Source of the DNA: Callorhinchus milii
Lineage: Eukaryota
DNA length: 64,000 nt
Reading direction: 5' to 3'
NCBI RefSeq assembly: GCF_018977255.1
Contig: NW_024704743.1
Location: 72,666,001-72,730,000 of the forward strand
Positions 13,901 through 26,766 of the stretch are shown here, one piece after another. The notes beneath the pieces are model-generated. The model was not told the DNA's origin. It did no database searches and saw only the letters and a program-made list of their open reading frames with translations. The translations under genes were made by a program, and so were the position numbers. Position 1 is the stretch's first letter. Each line of letters starts with the position of its first letter.

Positions 13901-15121
13901 AGTTAACCTGCAAATTTGTTCTGCAGGGGTTTCACATCTGTCAGCTGCCTGGGGGTGACTCCTTGTCTTGAAGAGTTGCTGCTTTCTTTCCATTGATTTG
14001 GCTTTGAACCAAACAAACACAAAAGCTAAGAGGAAATCCAGAACAATAAATAGGCTTTTGTCATTTACATATTTTGTCAGGGACATATCTAATTGGCCCT
14101 TTCCAAAGGCTCTGTGCTGGGATAATATTTTGCAACTTACTACAGTATATTCCATGAACTAATCATCTGGTTGCAAAGATTCTGATTCTTAAAAGGAACT
14201 CAAAACAAAACGTATTTTCCCTGTAGATTATGAACTATCAATCCCACCCCACTCATAAATACCAAAACTTTTGTTGTTCTTGTTTGTGTCCAAATGGGCA
14301 AAGTTACAGTATTAGTTCCCATTTATACTGCACACAAATTTAGAAAGCCATTTGGGATTTTTTCTTTAGGGAGAGATTTTGCAGCCTTGTTGCATTGCTT
14401 CCCTTTATGGGAGATTTGCTGCACCATTTCCTGCTTCGAATTGCTAAACAGAATCTGTACATATTGAATCTCTGAATTTTGTTACGGTTTATTTGCTGTG
14501 TATTTCTGATGGACAATGGAAGGAATGATTGCAGCAGGACTGTTATCTAACTCCCTGGTATTACCATTTTACACTTTAATTTAATTTTTGACATCAGCTA
14601 TTTTGCTTAGCACACAAAAAAATTCAAAAAAGTTCTGCATACCTTGTGCTTTTTAGCAACTTCCTAAGTGCTCTGAGACACTATCCTGCATGATGGGCAT
14701 TATATAAATGCAAGTTGTTGTTACAGAAAGGCCCACTCCTTAGAAAATCCAGACATTTTCCAGTGGTCCAGAGTTGCAGGTGCAAGATATGCATCTTTAA
14801 TTTCTAATTCAACAAGGGGAATAACACAGCGATACTAAGGCTGAATGTCAATATTGGGAACGAGAACATCTATATTTATTAAAACAAACCTCTTTCCCTG
14901 CCATTTGATATACTCAGACCCTGTCACATACTCAGTGTCAAAAATATTCATTATGCCTTTGAGTATTCCCCTTCATATTCAATTTGTGCTTTTATCTTCT
15001 TAAGAATTCTGGATAAGAGCAGTCAATAATATCCAGATACTGTCACAACCCCTGCATTTCTGGGAATATTGGTAGAGTCTAGACAACCCCCTCTTATGGT
15101 GGTTGAGCCTGGGGACTATTT

Positions 15122-15345
15122 AAGAACATAGGAACAGTCTGTCCCTCCAAGATCATGGCCAATTCACAAATCAATTTCATCTCATACTTTCTCTCCATAT
15201 CCCTAGATACCCCTGTCTATCCAGCATATATCTATCTGCCTTTTAAATCATTCAATTGACTCTGCCTCCACTGCCCTCTGGGGGAGTGAATTCCACATTC
15301 CCACAACTCGCTGCATCCAAAATTCCTCCTTAATTCTCTTCTGAA
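15122..15345 (-). mobile_element. CR1 LINE 3' fragment
   Basis: FWMQRVVGMWNSLPQRAVEAESIE peptide typical of the CR1 ORF2 end; taagaacataggaac terminus. Confidence 0.8.
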
Positions 15346-15399
15346 GATTTTGCACATGCTCAGTAAGGTGTGTCTGCCTGGAAGGCAACGTGGAAACAC

Positions 15400-15670
15400 A
15401 GCAATGATCCACAAACAGCATGAAGTCAATAACCATTTTTTCTGGGGGATTGTTGGCCAGAACATCTGGAGAAATTCCATTCTCTTTTCGAATAGTATCA
15501 TGGTCTCTTCAACGTCCACCTAAAAAGGCAGGCAGGACCTGGTTTAATGTCTCATCCAAAGGATAGTAACTCCAACAATATAGCGCTCCCACAGCACTAT
15601 ATTAGAGTGTCATGTTAGATTATATGATTCCCGAATCCTCATGTGGAACTTGAATCCATAAGCTTCTAAC
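15400..15670 (-). mobile_element. DeuSINE-like copy
   Basis: ttcaacgtccacc...ggtttaatgtctcatccaaagga is the reverse complement of the shared body motif. Confidence 0.68.
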
Positions 15671-16682
15671 TTATATGATTTGGGTTGATTGATCATCTAT
15701 CTATTTTCTTCTATCTTCTTTATTATATATTGTATTATTAAAACGACAATTTCTGTCTGCCCTTCAAGAAGGATCTCAATAACCAAATGATGTAGAGACA
15801 TTATTTATACCTCATCTGAAAGGTCTTGCACCTGGGAGTGACATGAGCATATTTGTTTTTGGGTATCTCCTATTGTTCGGGTTACGACCTAAAACATATT
15901 TCAGCTTTGCATTTTCGCTACAGTTACACCTGATGGCTGCCGAGTCAAAGAAGGGCTGTGGCTTCCTGAGTTACACAGCACGTATGTAGCCAAGCGGCAG
16001 CAGGAACAAAATAAAGAACACAGACAAAGCTAAGCTGCGTCATCAACAACAAAATTACATTTTTAAATTGCCTTTCACATCGGGAGGACGTCCCAGTGAT
16101 TATTCCATATTGGATCCTTTGGTTGCAAGTGTAGCGGCAACAACTACAGCTAGTATTTACTAAGGCAGTGTCAGATGCTGTTCATCATGTTAAGCATTTT
16201 AGTTGTGCAGGAAATATTTATTTTTATTTTTAAATCCCAAACCACCAGAACTACAATTGTTGGCGCCTGGTGTTGGCACACTGTGCAGTTTGGTGACACA
16301 ATTCTGGATGTGATACAATAATTGCAGGGTTAGTGACAGTGTATTCAATAGTTGTACTTTTCTCAGTTGCCAAACTGACTTGGAGGGAAGATGCTAGCAG
16401 TAATCTGTATAGGTTGCAACAACTCCACATCTCAGAAATTACCTTTCTCTGCCTTGTGTTAGTGCACAAGAAGGAATGTGGTTAAGACCCAATTTTTGTG
16501 GGGTTATGTAGAAGAGCATAAAGAACATGCAAACAGAATCAAGGCTCACTGCAGTAGGTGAAGTGACAGGAAGATAGCCTGTGGTGGATGGAGCCGAGCT
16601 CATGAAGTGCATTTGGAAAGCACTCCATGTGTTCCTAATTTTCTTGTGGATATTCATGGTTGCTAAGTACTTCATATACAAT

Positions 16683-17222
16683 ACAAATTTACATTTATAC
16701 AGTGCCTTTGACGTTGAGAAGACGTCCTAAGGCTGTGGACAGTCCAGGGTTTTCCCTCGAGCAAGGGATGGAGCAAAACGGGTGGCTGAAAGGTCTTGAG
16801 GTGGACTTTGAAGGAGGCAAGTGAAAGGGCGAGCCAAAGGGTATCTGGGAGGGAGAGCGGGATATGGATAATGGGCCAGGTGGGGGATATCAAAGCTGTC
16901 TGAGAAGAGGGAGCAGATGGGTCGGCAGCATTCGAGGAGGTCTCAGAGGTAGGGCGGAACAAGACCCTAATAATAATAATTCTTGGAATTTGATATAGCA
17001 GCTTATTATGCCATTGAGACATCTCAAAGCCCTTCACAGAATATAATGTAACGTGGATTGACTATTTTTGTGGATGAAATGATGGAGGCACTTAAGGGTT
17101 TGGACCAGGATATTGAACTTGATTTTCTGGGGAATGGTGAGCCATTAGAGCTGGGCGAGGTTGGAGGTAATAGGCTCATAGAGCCTGGCGTGGGAGAGTT
17201 GCTGCAGAGTTCTGGATAGTCT
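16683..17222 (-). mobile_element. L2 LINE 3' fragment interrupted by a SINE tail (about 16968-17080)
   Basis: ASFKVHLKTF peptide and stem-loop tail at the left; the L2 sequence resumes at about 17085 after a (TAA)n SINE tail. Confidence 0.75.
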
Positions 17223-17224
17223 AT

Positions 17225-17470
17225 TCCCCTTCAATCGCAGGCCATGTCCTGGTACTGCTGTTCAGTACAAGATAAAACAGTTTATCATGGACTATTATCT
17301 AGTCCCTTTAGAATCTTAAAGACCGCAATCATATCGCACCTAAACCTTCTCTTCTCTAGCTTGAACATGTCCAGTTTACCAAATCGCTCCTCATAGTCCA
17401 GTCGCTCTATCCCCTGAATCATTCTAGTTGCCCTTTTCTGCATCCTCTCAATCGCTGCAATATTATTGAG
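17225..17470 (-). mobile_element. CR1 LINE fragment
   Basis: IAAIERMQKRATRMIQGIERLDYEERFGKLDMFKLEKRRFRCDMIAVFKILKGLD. Confidence 0.9.
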
Positions 17471-18035
17471 CTTGGATTCATACAATCATAAAAATGTTAC
17501 ACAAAAATAGGTAATTTGATTCATCACATCTGACCTGGTGTTTTTGAGTGCAGTGACCCCTTCTATTTTGTGTGTGAACGCAGCAGTCAATTTGCATACA
17601 GCAGTGTCCCACAAACAGCCATGGAGTGAACGATCAATTTTTTCTGGGGTACTATTGGTCAGGACACCAAGAGAAGCTCCCTTCTCAGGGATGAGAGGTC
17701 AGAACTGAGACAGGCTCATCTCATTGGTCAGAAGTGGCTGCATTTTTGGGGCAAGGATTGCACATTTAATCATATCCACACAACTGGTTGGTTTAATCAC
17801 TCTGCATTGTTCGCAGAGAATTAACTTGGTCAAATCACAATGCTGTGTGGGATCTAAATTTGGTTCTATAGAAAAACTGATGTCAGAACTTGGGTGTCAG
17901 CGCCTTGGGACGTCCTCCTGACATGAAAGGCGCTTTATAAATGGAATCTTGTTGTTGTTGTCATTCTCTCATAGCTGTTTGTGGAACAAGTCTTGTGAAG
18001 CTCTTTGAGACAGCACGGCAACATGATAATGCATT

Positions 18036-18343
18036 CACGTTGCCTTCGTTCCACTGGGTCTGGCCTCCTCCTCGTCCCCCGAGTCCTCCGCTCCATCCTT
18101 GGCAGCCGTGCCTTCAACCACTATGCCCCGAGGCTCTGGAACTCCCTTCCTCACTCCCTTCATTTCGCTCCCTCTCTTCCTATTTTCAGGTCTCTGCTGA
18201 AGACCTTTCTTTTCGACTGCGCTTTTGGTCACCTTCCTCCCCTTCCCCCTGGCTTGGTCCCGGGATCCGAAACTGTAAAGTGCTCTGAGACGCCGTCCGG
18301 CATGGAGGGCGCTATATAAATCCAAGTTGTCGTTGTTGTTGTT
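18036..18343 (+). mobile_element. L2 LINE 3' fragment, subfamily B
   Basis: LRSTGSGLLLVPRVLRSILGSRAFNHYAPRLWNSLP; highly similar to 32205-32493 and the reverse complement of 48780-49075; (GTT)n tail. Confidence 0.92.
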
Positions 18344-18609
18344 ATATTAAAACACATATTATTTTTATTATTATAACACTTCAAACCAGTGCTCTTGTAA
18401 TCTTTCACTCAAAAGCTGTTCCTTGTTTGGCACAGAGAAGCTATCCATGAACTGTGTATGAAAATGCTTAAGGCAGTGTTCCTTCACTGTATCAAAGGAA
18501 TCGTGATGCTCAAGTTCTATTAATCACCTATTGTCTCTTCCATTGAAAGAACGCATCAGTTACTTAATGTGCAAGGACATTAGACTGTGTGTAGATAGCA
18601 CAAGAGCGA

Positions 18610-18877
18610 TTTTTGGCCAGCGGGCCTTCTGCCACTCTGCACCCACCCTCTGAAACTCCATCCAGCAGTCCCTCTGTCTCGCTCCCTCTCTCGCTATTTT
18701 CAAGACCCACCTCAAGACCCTCCTCTTCAATTGTGCTTTCGATCTCCCTGCTTCCCTCCCTGCACCCCCCCCCCCCCCGACCCACAGCTCGGGTCCGAAC
18801 TCTGTCTGTCCAGCACCTTGGGACGTCCTCTCAACGTGAAAGGCACTATATCAATGTAATTGTTGTTGTTGTTGTTT
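18610..18877 (+). mobile_element. L2 LINE 3' fragment
   Basis: cgggccttc...ctctgaaactcc, aagacccacctcaagacc, stem-loop tail ccttgggacgtcctctcaacgtgaaaggc and (TTG)n. Confidence 0.85.
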
Positions 18878-21554
18878 TATCAATCTCTGCTGTCGCTCAT
18901 TTCCTTTGGGATCAAGTCATTAGAAAAACCCATCACTAATCACAGATTAGTAAATTGGACGATGGAGTGTATCTTCTTATGTTGTTCCCGCACAGGGTGG
19001 CTGGCACCCACTAGGGAGAGTTAGAACTCTCTCTCTCTCTGCTTCTTAGTGATTGAAACATATAGTTGGCATTTAAAGTTGATTAAAGGACTTGGATTCC
19101 TCAAGGTCCCCCTCCCAACTCACCTACTGATCGTACACGATACCTTTTTCAATATGGTTATTTATTTTGGTGACAACCAAGGCTAAAATGTTTCATTCAC
19201 TATTTATGCAGTTTCATCATTTTCTATTATTTCTTTGCTGAGCAATGCAATAATCTAATTGTGCTGGGATCCCTGACTCTTCAGAACTTGGAAACACCCA
19301 AATGCACTTATAATGAAGACCAGTCACGTCTCAATTTTTAAACCTATCGACTACAATCTAGCTTTGGAGTTGAGTGTGACTGTCCCTTTTTATTGTATTA
19401 AAGGAATTTGAAGTGGGTGATTTTAGGAAGTGTATGTGGAATCGGTATGCAGAGCGCTAAAGTTCCTGATCACTGCAGTGTTCATTTGTAATGACTTTGT
19501 AGAAAATAAATGTGAAAAATCATTGATACTTTGACATTCATTCACTACAATCAAAACCAATTTGAGAATATGTCTGGGGAGTTAAATGTGACATGAAGGT
19601 TTGACAGTGGGCATTGTAAGCAATATCTGTGTTGAGGAAGTCAAGTTGATGATTTTGTTTTTCACTAGATTTTCCTGCTCTTTCACATCACCACTGAAGG
19701 AAGTCTTCAGTAGTGTAGCTGTTGCAGGTACTTTTTGCTGGAAGGTTTGAAGAAAAGGGTCAGAAGTTTCACGTGAGGACCAGAGAGAAAGTAGGACAGG
19801 AGACTGACAAATAATACAATGAACGGGGACAGGAAAAGCCAACGATGGGGATAAATAGTGTTAGGAAAGAGCAGGAAACTTCAATAGGAGAGAAAAAATA
19901 TTATGTCTCTCTCCGTTCCTCAACATTCAGAATGAGGTGAGCTCCTGCCATTTGTGATTCATGCCAAATAGCATGAAAAATAGCAGGAGAATAAAATATC
20001 AAAAACATCTAGTATTTCAACTCTCACTTATGTTCTAGTGCTGACAATCTCATTAAAGACCTAACGACCACTATACCACTATACATTCAGGCTCTAACAT
20101 GGATGAGAAAAGGGCGTTGGTCCCAAAAGCTCATCCCACCAATACATTCCCTCTGTTTAAATTATCAAAGAAATACTGTACCAAGAAGAATTTAATAAAT
20201 AGTAATAATATAAAATGGCATGCTTTTGATGCTGTGCCTATAACATTGAAATGTTTACATTAGAATACATTAGAACATACAGCACAGAAACAGGTCATTC
20301 GGCCCAACTGGTCTATGGCGGTATTTATGCTCCACATGAGCCTCTCCTCCCCTTCCTCAACTAAGCCTTCAAGCATAACCTTCTAGCTAATTGCTGACAA
20401 GTGTAGTATTTTTTAGGCAAAATTATAAATAAAACAAAAAACAAAACAAAGATACCAGGATCAGCACACAGTCCTAAAGTGTTGGAAATTTACAGAACAG
20501 AAGAAAGCCATTCAACCCATTGTGTCTGTGCTGGCTCTTTTAAAAACCAATCCTTTCAATTCCATTTTCCTGCCCTTTACTCATACCCCTGTAGCTTACT
20601 CTTTTTAAGGTTATTGTGATACATAGTGAGCCTGTAAATAAGACACTCAAGTAATGACCTTTTATAGAATGTTGCTAAAGGTTTTAGGTATCTAAATACT
20701 GCAGGCACCCTTGTAAGAACATCTCCCATTTTAGCTCAGCTTCATTTATAGGGCTGCTGTCCTGTGAAGCTAATTGGAAACAAGGTATATGCAGCTTCCA
20801 ACGCTGACTAGCAAGTTTCCTTAGCTTAAAAATATTTTCAGATTTAAAAAAGCAGTCTGCTTCCTCAGCCAGGTGGGTCCAAAGTATTCAAAAGCACTGT
20901 TATTGGCAAACCAGCTGTTACTATTAGACTCACAGAGTGAATGTCGCATGGATCCCACATAAAACTCAAAATTAATAGTCAAGTAATTTGTTTGGAAAAT
21001 AATCCTATATTAAATGATCACCTTGCAGTGTACTCAATGCTCTGAGATGCTATCCTGCATGAAGCGTGCTGTTTAAATGCAAGTTATTGTTGGGAGCAAT
21101 GTAATAGGAACACGTTCAGAATGCAGGTTTGCTTGTAAGAAAGCCAAGGTTTCTCCACAGAAAAAGAGGGAAAAGAAGAGCACCAGTCAGTATAAAAGGA
21201 CAACCGTAAATGCAGTCAATTTATAGAATTAATAAATTCTTTGGGAAAAACAACGCTGTCACACTCCAGTATAATGTGACATTCATTGAATGGAAAGCGC
21301 ATCAATTGGAGTACTTTTAAATAGTTAATTAGTTGGCAAATCCTAGAGGATAGCACAAAACTGAACATCTCATGTAGAATCCATAGCAACAGGTTCAGGA
21401 AAGACCAGTGTTGTTCATTTAGCTTGTCCTAAAGTTAAAAAAGAAAATCATTCTACATTACATTACTCATACCCTTCAATCAATTTCTTACCAAATTGAT
21501 ATCTAATTCCCTTTTTGAATTTGCCTTCATAATCTGCCTCCACCTGTTAGTCTA

Positions 21555-21794
21555 TTCACAACAAATCTGCGGAAACAATACTTAAGTGAACGAGTAGTAA
21601 ATGTATGGAACAGGCTCCCTAGGGAGACGGTGGAGGCTGAAAGTGTCAATTCTTTCAAAAACAAATTAGACAGATTTCTGTTTGGAAATAATATCTCGGG
21701 ATACAGTATATAGTTTGGAACATATGCATACGACTGCCAAGATGGTGGAACTGGATGAACCTTGGTCATTTTTCGTCTAGCAATTCTTATGTTC
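21555..21794 (+). mobile_element. CR1 LINE 3' end
   Basis: Closely similar to 27350-27600 (tggaacaggctccctagggagacgg); ends attcttatgttc. Confidence 0.88.
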
Positions 21795-22974
21795 AATGCC
21801 AGTATTCATAACTGATATCCAATCTATTAGCAATGAATTAGTATATCCTAAGGTATATCCTGTGGGCTTCCCTAATCCCAATATGGATGTATGTGACTCA
21901 TTCACATTGTTTACAACAAGCAAGTCTCTCAGTTGCACCACTTGTATGCTCTACAGAAATAGCTCACCATGCTAACTTCCAAAATCAATCCAAAACCTTC
22001 CATCCATTTGAGATAGATTTGGCTATCCTCCTGGGAGAGGGGGGAGGTAAGTGGGATCTCCTTGGAGTTGAGCTGGCTCCAAAGCGAGGTGATTAGCCAC
22101 AGAATGCCAACATCAAGTCAACGCTCTGTGATGGTCTTGGAAGTTTGGTTACTGTGCCATGCACATCTGCAATACTCCAAGGTACTGCTCATAACAAACC
22201 AGTCAACCTGGGCATTCAGCAGGATATGGAATTGCAGGCCAGTCATTGGGGACAGGAATTCTTCTCACTCAGCAACTATAAACCCTGCAAGCCAAACCCT
22301 AACAGAATAGGGTGGTCCTAGCTGAACAAGCAATGTGAATCTTGCCAGACAGCGCTTTCAATGTCGAGCTATGTTATTTTAGCTGATTAAACTCTCGCAG
22401 TACCCAACATACACTGTGGTGTTCCCAGGCCTAGCTCCAGCACCACATTCCCATTGCCCAGACCAGTCTCCTTGTTCCTTTTTGGAAGGAGGCTGCAAAT
22501 GTATGTTGTAAATATGGGCAGTTTTGACCTGTGAAGTAGTACCCTATAGGAACTCAATTCAGATGGGTCAATGTCATTCTACTTAAGCCCCTTACAATTG
22601 GCTGACAAAGGAAGCTTCTATCGAATAAGTAAGGGCTGAATTCAAGCTCAGGTACCACAAGTTAAACAACACAATGGGAACTATTTTTTCATTATCACTA
22701 GATATTAATGTTTTTCTTTCTAAAATTACTGAGGCGACAGTTAACAAAACTGAGGTATAATTTCTGGACATTTTAAAATGTATTATCTCACTGTCAAAGT
22801 ACAAATTGACTGTGACAGCTGTGTTTTTTGCTGTCTTTTCCCATTTTCTGTTTCTTCGAAAAGAAGGGTTTTCTAATATTCAGGTTGCTAATGGATCCCA
22901 AAAGTTTCAAAATGGTGTTTCATTTATACAGCAAATACTGTACATCCAATATTGATGAGCCAGTCTGGCTGACA

Positions 22975-23290
22975 TTTGAATGCATGGCTTTGCTGCATTG
23001 TCGGTGGTGCTGTTCTTCAGATGAGAAGTTAAACCCAGATCCCATCTGCCTTTTCTGGTGGACGATAAAGATCCCATGGCACCTTTTACCAAGGGTATTT
23101 CTCCTGGCCAACAATTATCCAGCCAAAAAATGATCATTCACATCATGGCTACTAGAGGGACATTTGCGTGCAAATAGGCTTCTGAGTTTCCATAAAATCC
23201 CTACCTTTTATAATAAAGCGCAGGAAGCAGTTTTGAGACCTTTAGATAATGTGATATCAAATACAAGGATTATTACTATTTATTATTATC
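22975..23290 (+). mobile_element. DeuSINE-like copy
   Basis: gctgcattgtcggtggtgctgttcttcagatgagaagttaaaccc...aagatcccatggcacc; aaatacaaggattattac tail. Confidence 0.68.
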
Positions 23291-23639
23291 CAGTTATTCA
23301 ACTTGTAAAGCCAAATATTATCCTCCCTGATAAGACAGTAATGTCTTTCCAAATACTTTTTGCACTTCCTACTTCTCGACAGGTAAGCTTTGCCATAATT
23401 CACTCTATACAGATTATATTTGTAACAATTTATTTATCTTGATTAAAAGTCACACTATATTAAATATATTCTGGATGCCACAATGTGCAGTTTGCATTTA
23501 AGGAACATATGGATATATCTTGAAATTTGCATATATTATATAGTATAATGTTGTTGTGTTGTTGTTGTAGTATAATGTATATAGTACAAAGTATATAATA
23601 GAGCATATATAGTATAACATATATAGTATAACAAATATA

Positions 23640-23700
23640 CAACAACAACAAGATTACATTTGTATAGCGCCTTTTACGTCGGGAGGACGTCCCAAGGCAC
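23640..23700 (-). mobile_element. Solo L2 3' tail (stem-loop plus repeat)
   Basis: Reverse complement gtgccttgggacgtcctcccgacgtaaaaggcgctatacaaatgtaatcttgttgttgttg. Confidence 0.85.
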
Positions 23701-24308
23701 TATAGTACAACATAAGCAAATATATCCTTGTGATTTATATTGTATCACATTGAAAGGGCACCTCACAGGATTTACTGTAAAGTCTAGTGACTGTATATAT
23801 TCCAGGTGAATGCAGCAACCAATTTGTTCACAAAACTGTAATACTGATGTTTCCAGCCAACATTAGCCATTCTTACAACTTGTTGTTCAACAGTGTTACA
23901 GAGAGAGCTCTGAAAGCACAACATAACGTAATACATACCCCACAATCTGAATATGGGAAAGGAAGGGGAAAGGCAGCGGGATAGAAGACTCTCGTTGACC
24001 ATCCATGTATATTAAAACTGATCCATTTCGATCTCCATTCCTCATCCTTAACTGAGAATATCTGACTTCCAATGCTACAAATACCTTATATACTAGCCTG
24101 CCAGTACTTATTAACAACCGCTGCAACAGCAAACAACTCATTTTTGTATGGAACTCCCTTATTGCTATGAATGCTGTGCTATGCATTTGCTTCAGCAGGT
24201 TCTCATGTTCCTTTGTGGCAGTGTTTAAGAATTTATGCAGCACAAATGTGTGGGTGAGACCAGGATTTTGGAAGGAATGTGAAAAACTGTAATTTAGAAA
24301 AGACTTAC

Positions 24309-24357
24309 TTATTCCAAGCTTGCCTAAGCTTTTTGGGACTGTACTGGGTGAAGCGAT
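24309..24357 (-). CDS. CDK14: CDK14 coding exon, 49 bp
   Basis: ttttccttacag|AT CGC TTC ACC CAG TAC AGT CCC AAA AAG CTT AGG CAA GCT TGG AAT AA|gtaagt = (D)RFTQYSPKKLRQAWN(K); phase 1 to phase 2; resembles CDK14 ERFTLYSSKNLRQAWNK. Confidence 0.95.
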
Positions 24358-25164
24358 CTGTAAGGAAAAGGAAATAGATTATGTTGTTTTCAGCCTATTA
24401 ACTTAATCACAGTAACACTACTGGGAGTACTTTTTACATAATTCAGAGACAATTTAGAAATAATGAAAACGGAGTTAAAATGAACATAACTATTTATTTA
24501 CTTTTTTAAAAAATAATATTTTTTAAAAAAACAGTGGTTTACACAGGTAATTAACAAGTGTGATGAGCAGAAGATCCTGGATGTGAAACTTCAAACAGGA
24601 TTTAACTGTACATCTGTGCTGGTTTAATTCAGCAGCTTTAATTAACAGACGTATTTGCCATCAGTGGCATTCTGTATGTAAATCTGACTAATTTATCCTG
24701 CAGAATTTGTCTGCAACAGATGCAGATGGATTATCAAATCATGACTATGCTATGTGTCCAGCTATTTATTCATCGTTGTTTTATTCGTCCCCATTTATGT
24801 TCCCTCATTACAGTTTTTACTACTCTAAATTTGGCATTTCAGTGAAATCCGTAATTAAAGTAATTAATGGAAATAGCCATTAAATTATTACTTAATCAGT
24901 AGCTTTGTCACACTCGAGCAAAGACCAAATTGCATGAAGACAAAAGGCCAAGTGAATCGTAAACCACACACAGACCAACCGTGAGCCAAATATTTCTCAT
25001 ATTCTAAGGCTTAAGATGTTTATTATATAAAAAAAAGTTTAATACTGTGTGGAATTTTGGAACTCAGTCTAAAGATAGAAGCTGATTTTTAGGATGTGCA
25101 GCATATGAGGGCTCACTTCTTTGATTATTGAGAAATAAAATGTTAATAGATTCAGGGCGAAGAA

Positions 25165-25395
25165 GAAATATAGAATTATATAGAATATTACAGCACAGAA
25201 GCAAATCAATCAGCCCAACTAGTCAGTGTTTATACTCCACACAAACCTCCACCCTCTTAATCCCTTCTCCTATATCTCTCTGTTCCCTTCTCCCTCTCTA
25301 TACATCAAGTTTCCTCTTAAGTTCGTTCATACATTGTGACTCATCCACAGCTTTGGACAGTGTGTTCCACATTCTCACCACTTTCTGCATAAAGT
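25165..25395 (-). mobile_element. Decayed CR1 3' end
   Basis: atagaattatatagaatattacagcacagaag terminus; gttccacattctcaccactttctg on the reverse strand gives the RVVRMWN-type motif. Confidence 0.6.
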
Positions 25396-25397
25396 GC

Positions 25398-25589
25398 ATA
25401 TTTTACTCCATTAACAAAGCGTTTCAGAGCATGTAGAATTTAGCAAATTGTTTAACTTGAGTCTTAACTCTGAAGCCGGTTTTGTGTAGTTCTTCAAAGA
25501 ACTTACAGAAAACCCGGCTTCAAAGCTAAGGCCGTATTTAAGAATTTGACAAACTCTAGATTCTCTGAAATAGGGTAAATTTAAACCTG
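25398..25589. mobile_element. Palindromic MITE-like element
   Basis: 25422-25494 is an imperfect reverse complement of 25497-25570; related sequence at about 6208-6345 and 39418-39517. Confidence 0.7.
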
Positions 25590-26766
25590 TTGTTAACACG
25601 GCTGTGAATACACTGGGAGTAATGAGTGTTTAGGGATGGAAGTGATTTTTTGATCTTGGGGTGGGGGTGTTGGGAATGCCTCCACTGACTCCTGGTCCTG
25701 TTGGTTTGTGTTGCTGCCCTCAGTTGACTATTGCTGGATTATTTCCCTTTCTGTTGTAGTCTGCTTTCTTCTCCTGGGAGTGGGTTGGTGTTGTGGGCTT
25801 GTTCCCAGTGAGCCTGAAATTACTCTGACAACAGAGCCTTATCAAGCAAAACAAAACACGAAATATCTGCCTCTTACAACAAGATCTACTGGTGTGGAAA
25901 ATATTATTGCAGCCTCGGTGGAAGCAAATGTTACAAAGAATTACAGTGTAACGTGAAAGTCTCTGTGGGGGTGTCCCTCACGGTCCACGACTTTCAACTG
26001 GTTAAAAAAAATCCCCAGAAACAAACCGATTTTATTGATGTAAATATCCTTTGATGAAGTTAGATTTCCCTATCTACTGCTGTGTCAGGTTACCACAGCA
26101 AATAATCTCCAGGAAGGTCAACAGGTTTCACACTAAGCCACTGATCCTCAGATGAAAGCACTTCATTACTCTACGTTCCTGCAAATATGTGTGGCTGACC
26201 TTAAGCTACAATGCTGAACTTAGGTTTTCAGCGGATTCCATTTAAAATTCATCAGTGTAAAGAAAAGCCAACAAGTAAACCTTTCCGAGCACTGTGCGGC
26301 ATTTGTTATTTTCACTGGGGTTTTGTCAGCATGGAGGCATTTTAATGATTATGTTTCCAATGTCTCAGCAAATAAGGCTGCTTACTCAGATATTAACATA
26401 ATTTGATTTCGCTGTTTGGAAATTAAATCCCTGACAAAATATATTTTCAAACCCCCGAGTGATTCAACGTTTCCGTTGAATTGAAAAAAAAGGACAAACA
26501 AATTAATAAATGCTTTCATTTTCCAGGTACAGGTTTCTCAGTCACACAAGCTTAAACCAAGTTGCCAACACTTCTTTAATAACATGGTCTTTTAGTTCAT
26601 CAAGCTACATAGCGTGGCCCCAGTTGAATATGCCCCAGTTGTGCATGGGTTTGCTTAGAGAACTTGAATATTGTGGAGCGAAAGCATTTTTGACGTTGGC
26701 TAGTTGGCTTCCTGCATTAAAAGATGGCCAGATCGTCAAGTCACCACTGATGTCCTGTGCATTGCC

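Noticed and set aside
20101..20136. GGATGAG...CTCATCC hairpin, possibly a second Penelope or hammerhead relic; also a weak relic near 15878-15945
   Set aside because: No intact CUGANGA/GAAA core and too short to separate from chance.
1..24308. Expected next CDK14 exon (LSYVNHAEDLASKLLQ-like)
   Set aside because: Not found by eye on the minus strand; probably beyond the window. tblastn with CDK14 would settle it.
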